64,000 nucleotides of DNA from contig JARDVH010000059.1 of the NCBI GenBank assembly GCA_030324005.1, positions 115,992,014 to 116,056,013 of the forward strand, read 5' to 3'. The notes under the pieces were generated by a model. That model had not been told where the DNA came from. It ran no database searches and was given only the letters and a program-made list of their open reading frames with translations. The translations under genes were made by a program, and so were the position numbers. This document shows, piece after piece, positions 62,270-64,000 of this stretch. The DNA comes from Negaprion brevirostris. Taxonomy: Eukaryota. How positions within the stretch are numbered: position 1 is the first letter of the stretch; each line of letters starts with the position of its first letter.

Positions 62270-62560
62270 TATATCTTTAAGAAGTGCCACAGGCGACCAG
62301 ATGAGGTCAGGTAAGCCACTGCAGAGGTTCTCTGGACAGGTAAGAGTGGAAATTTGGTGACGACTACCCCATTCAGCTGAGCAACAGTTGAGAGGTGTTG
62401 GAGGACGATGCTGTGGTCAGCCATGTCAAAGGCTGCAGACTGGATGCAAAAAGAGTGCGTCTCACAGTCACAGTCAAGAAGGGTATAATTTGTGATCATC
62501 ATCACAGCCATTTCAGTGTTGTGCCTAAGGTGGAATTATGGCTATAAACTCAGACACGAG
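62270..62560 (-). mobile_element. L2-type LINE RT fragment
   Basis: SAAFDMADHSIVLQHL motif. Confidence 0.65.
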
Positions 62561-64000
62561 ATGCTCTCTCTCCTTTCACTTTCAAACTCCAGTTCACTGC
62601 ATTTGCGAACAGGAGACAATGGTGAAGTAGTGAAAAGAGAGCGCATTTTACAGCTCAGAAGGAAAATTGGAACGAAGTTGCTATGAAAAAGCAACACAGC
62701 AGCAAACTTGCATCCAGCAATGTCCCACAAACAGCAGCATGATAAATAACCAGTTATTTACTTGTTAGTTCAAAAGGTAAATGTTGCTCAAGATTGCAGG
62801 CGATCATCCTGGTTCTGCTTTGATTAAAGCCATGAAATCCTTTGCAACAGTTATCTGCCTTCATATAGCACATTCAAAACAGGAAAAGCATCTCAAACAG
62901 AAGCAAAATCAAAAAATAAACACTCAGATAAAGATGGGATTAGTAAGAGGAACAACCAAAACTTGGTCAAAGATAGGAGCTTTCAGAAGCTTCCTAAGGG
63001 GGCGCTGGAAGTTTGGAAGTGCAAAAAGTTAATTGAAAGATTTTCAGAACGTAGTTCCTGGCAAGCTGAAGGCTTGGCCTCCAAACGTGGAATGAAAAAA
63101 ACGGTGGAACAACCCAAATTGCCAAAGGCAGAGGAATGTAGCTTCCATGGCTAGGAGCTTATAGAGTTGGTGAATGTTAAAGATATCAAGGGGCAAGATG
63201 CTGAAAGGATTTAAACGCATGGAAGAGAATTTTCAATTGGCCAAATGGGTGATCAGAAGTCACTGCAAGTCAGCAAAAATAGGGGTGATGGGTGAGTGAC
63301 ACGGGATGGGTTAAGTGGCCAAGTCGTGGATGAGTAGAGGTTTACTTAGGGGGGAGAACTGGAGGCTGCACAGGAGTGCACTAAAACATTTGAGTTTGGA
63401 AGACGCACAGGATGGGGATTTCAGTAGCAGACTCGAGTAGGGAAGTAGGTGGATGAAGTTATCGACATGAAAACAGGGTGTCCTTACGTCAGAGAGCCTT
63501 TGGGTCAAAAATTCAACTGAGGTAGAATAGCATCCACAACTGGGTGTTGGAAAAGCAGTTTCCCAACACAGAGGCAGTGGTGGGTTGCAGCAATGAAGAC
63601 ATGCAAGAGCTGCATTTCATCAATATATGTCTAAAAATTACCTTCTTGCCTGCAGTTGCAGCTTAGGGAACAGCACACAGATGGGGCTAAAGGCCAAATC
63701 CTTGGGGGGGGGGGGGGGTTACGATCAGCTGGCTTAAAAGTGAAAGTGAGCAACAGCAGTACTATTTACCTGCACATTGGAGGAAAGATTGAACGACTAA
63801 TCATATGAAAGGCTGCAATGAACTCAAGGAGGCATTATCGTGATGGACAAGTAAATAAGATGTCACTTGTGACTTTGGTCATTGCCATTTTGGTGCTAAC
63901 ATGACAGAAACCATCACGTGCTGCGCCCAGATCCGAAACCTGGTTGAGATTCAAACTCTGTCATCACCAATCACTTAAAAGCCATCTACCACACGGGCCA

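Noticed and set aside
63703-63718. Poly-G run
   Set aside because: Simple homopolymer within decayed repeat sequence; possibly a sequencing artefact.
52555-64000. Promoter or CpG island for the gene
   Set aside because: No CpG-rich stretch is visible; the region is mostly repeats, so the promoter is probably outside the window.

Overview
Eukaryotic (shark-like, probably carcharhiniform, judged from its tRNA-derived HE1/V-SINE-type repeats) genomic DNA from a gappy assembly. One protein-coding gene spans most of the window on the minus strand (CDS 52541 to 4656): a BMP/activin type I receptor of the ACVR1/ALK2 family, with residues that point to the acvr1l/ALK8 paralogue. All coding exons were traced with GT-AG boundaries and consistent phases (67, [255], [252], 212, 100, 147, 276, 198, 131, 135 nt). 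The main finding is that the ligand-binding ectodomain exon is present as two intact, diverged tandem copies (46149-46403 and 40989-41240; about 85% nt and 76% aa identity, all 10 Cys kept, both phase 1-1). The gene could therefore make a ~590-aa receptor with two ligand-binding domains, or two alternative ~505-aa receptors. The introns are packed with decayed SINEs, CR1/L2, RTE, Rex1, Gypsy and Penelope relics and several short local duplications. No promoter or 5' non-coding exon could be located.
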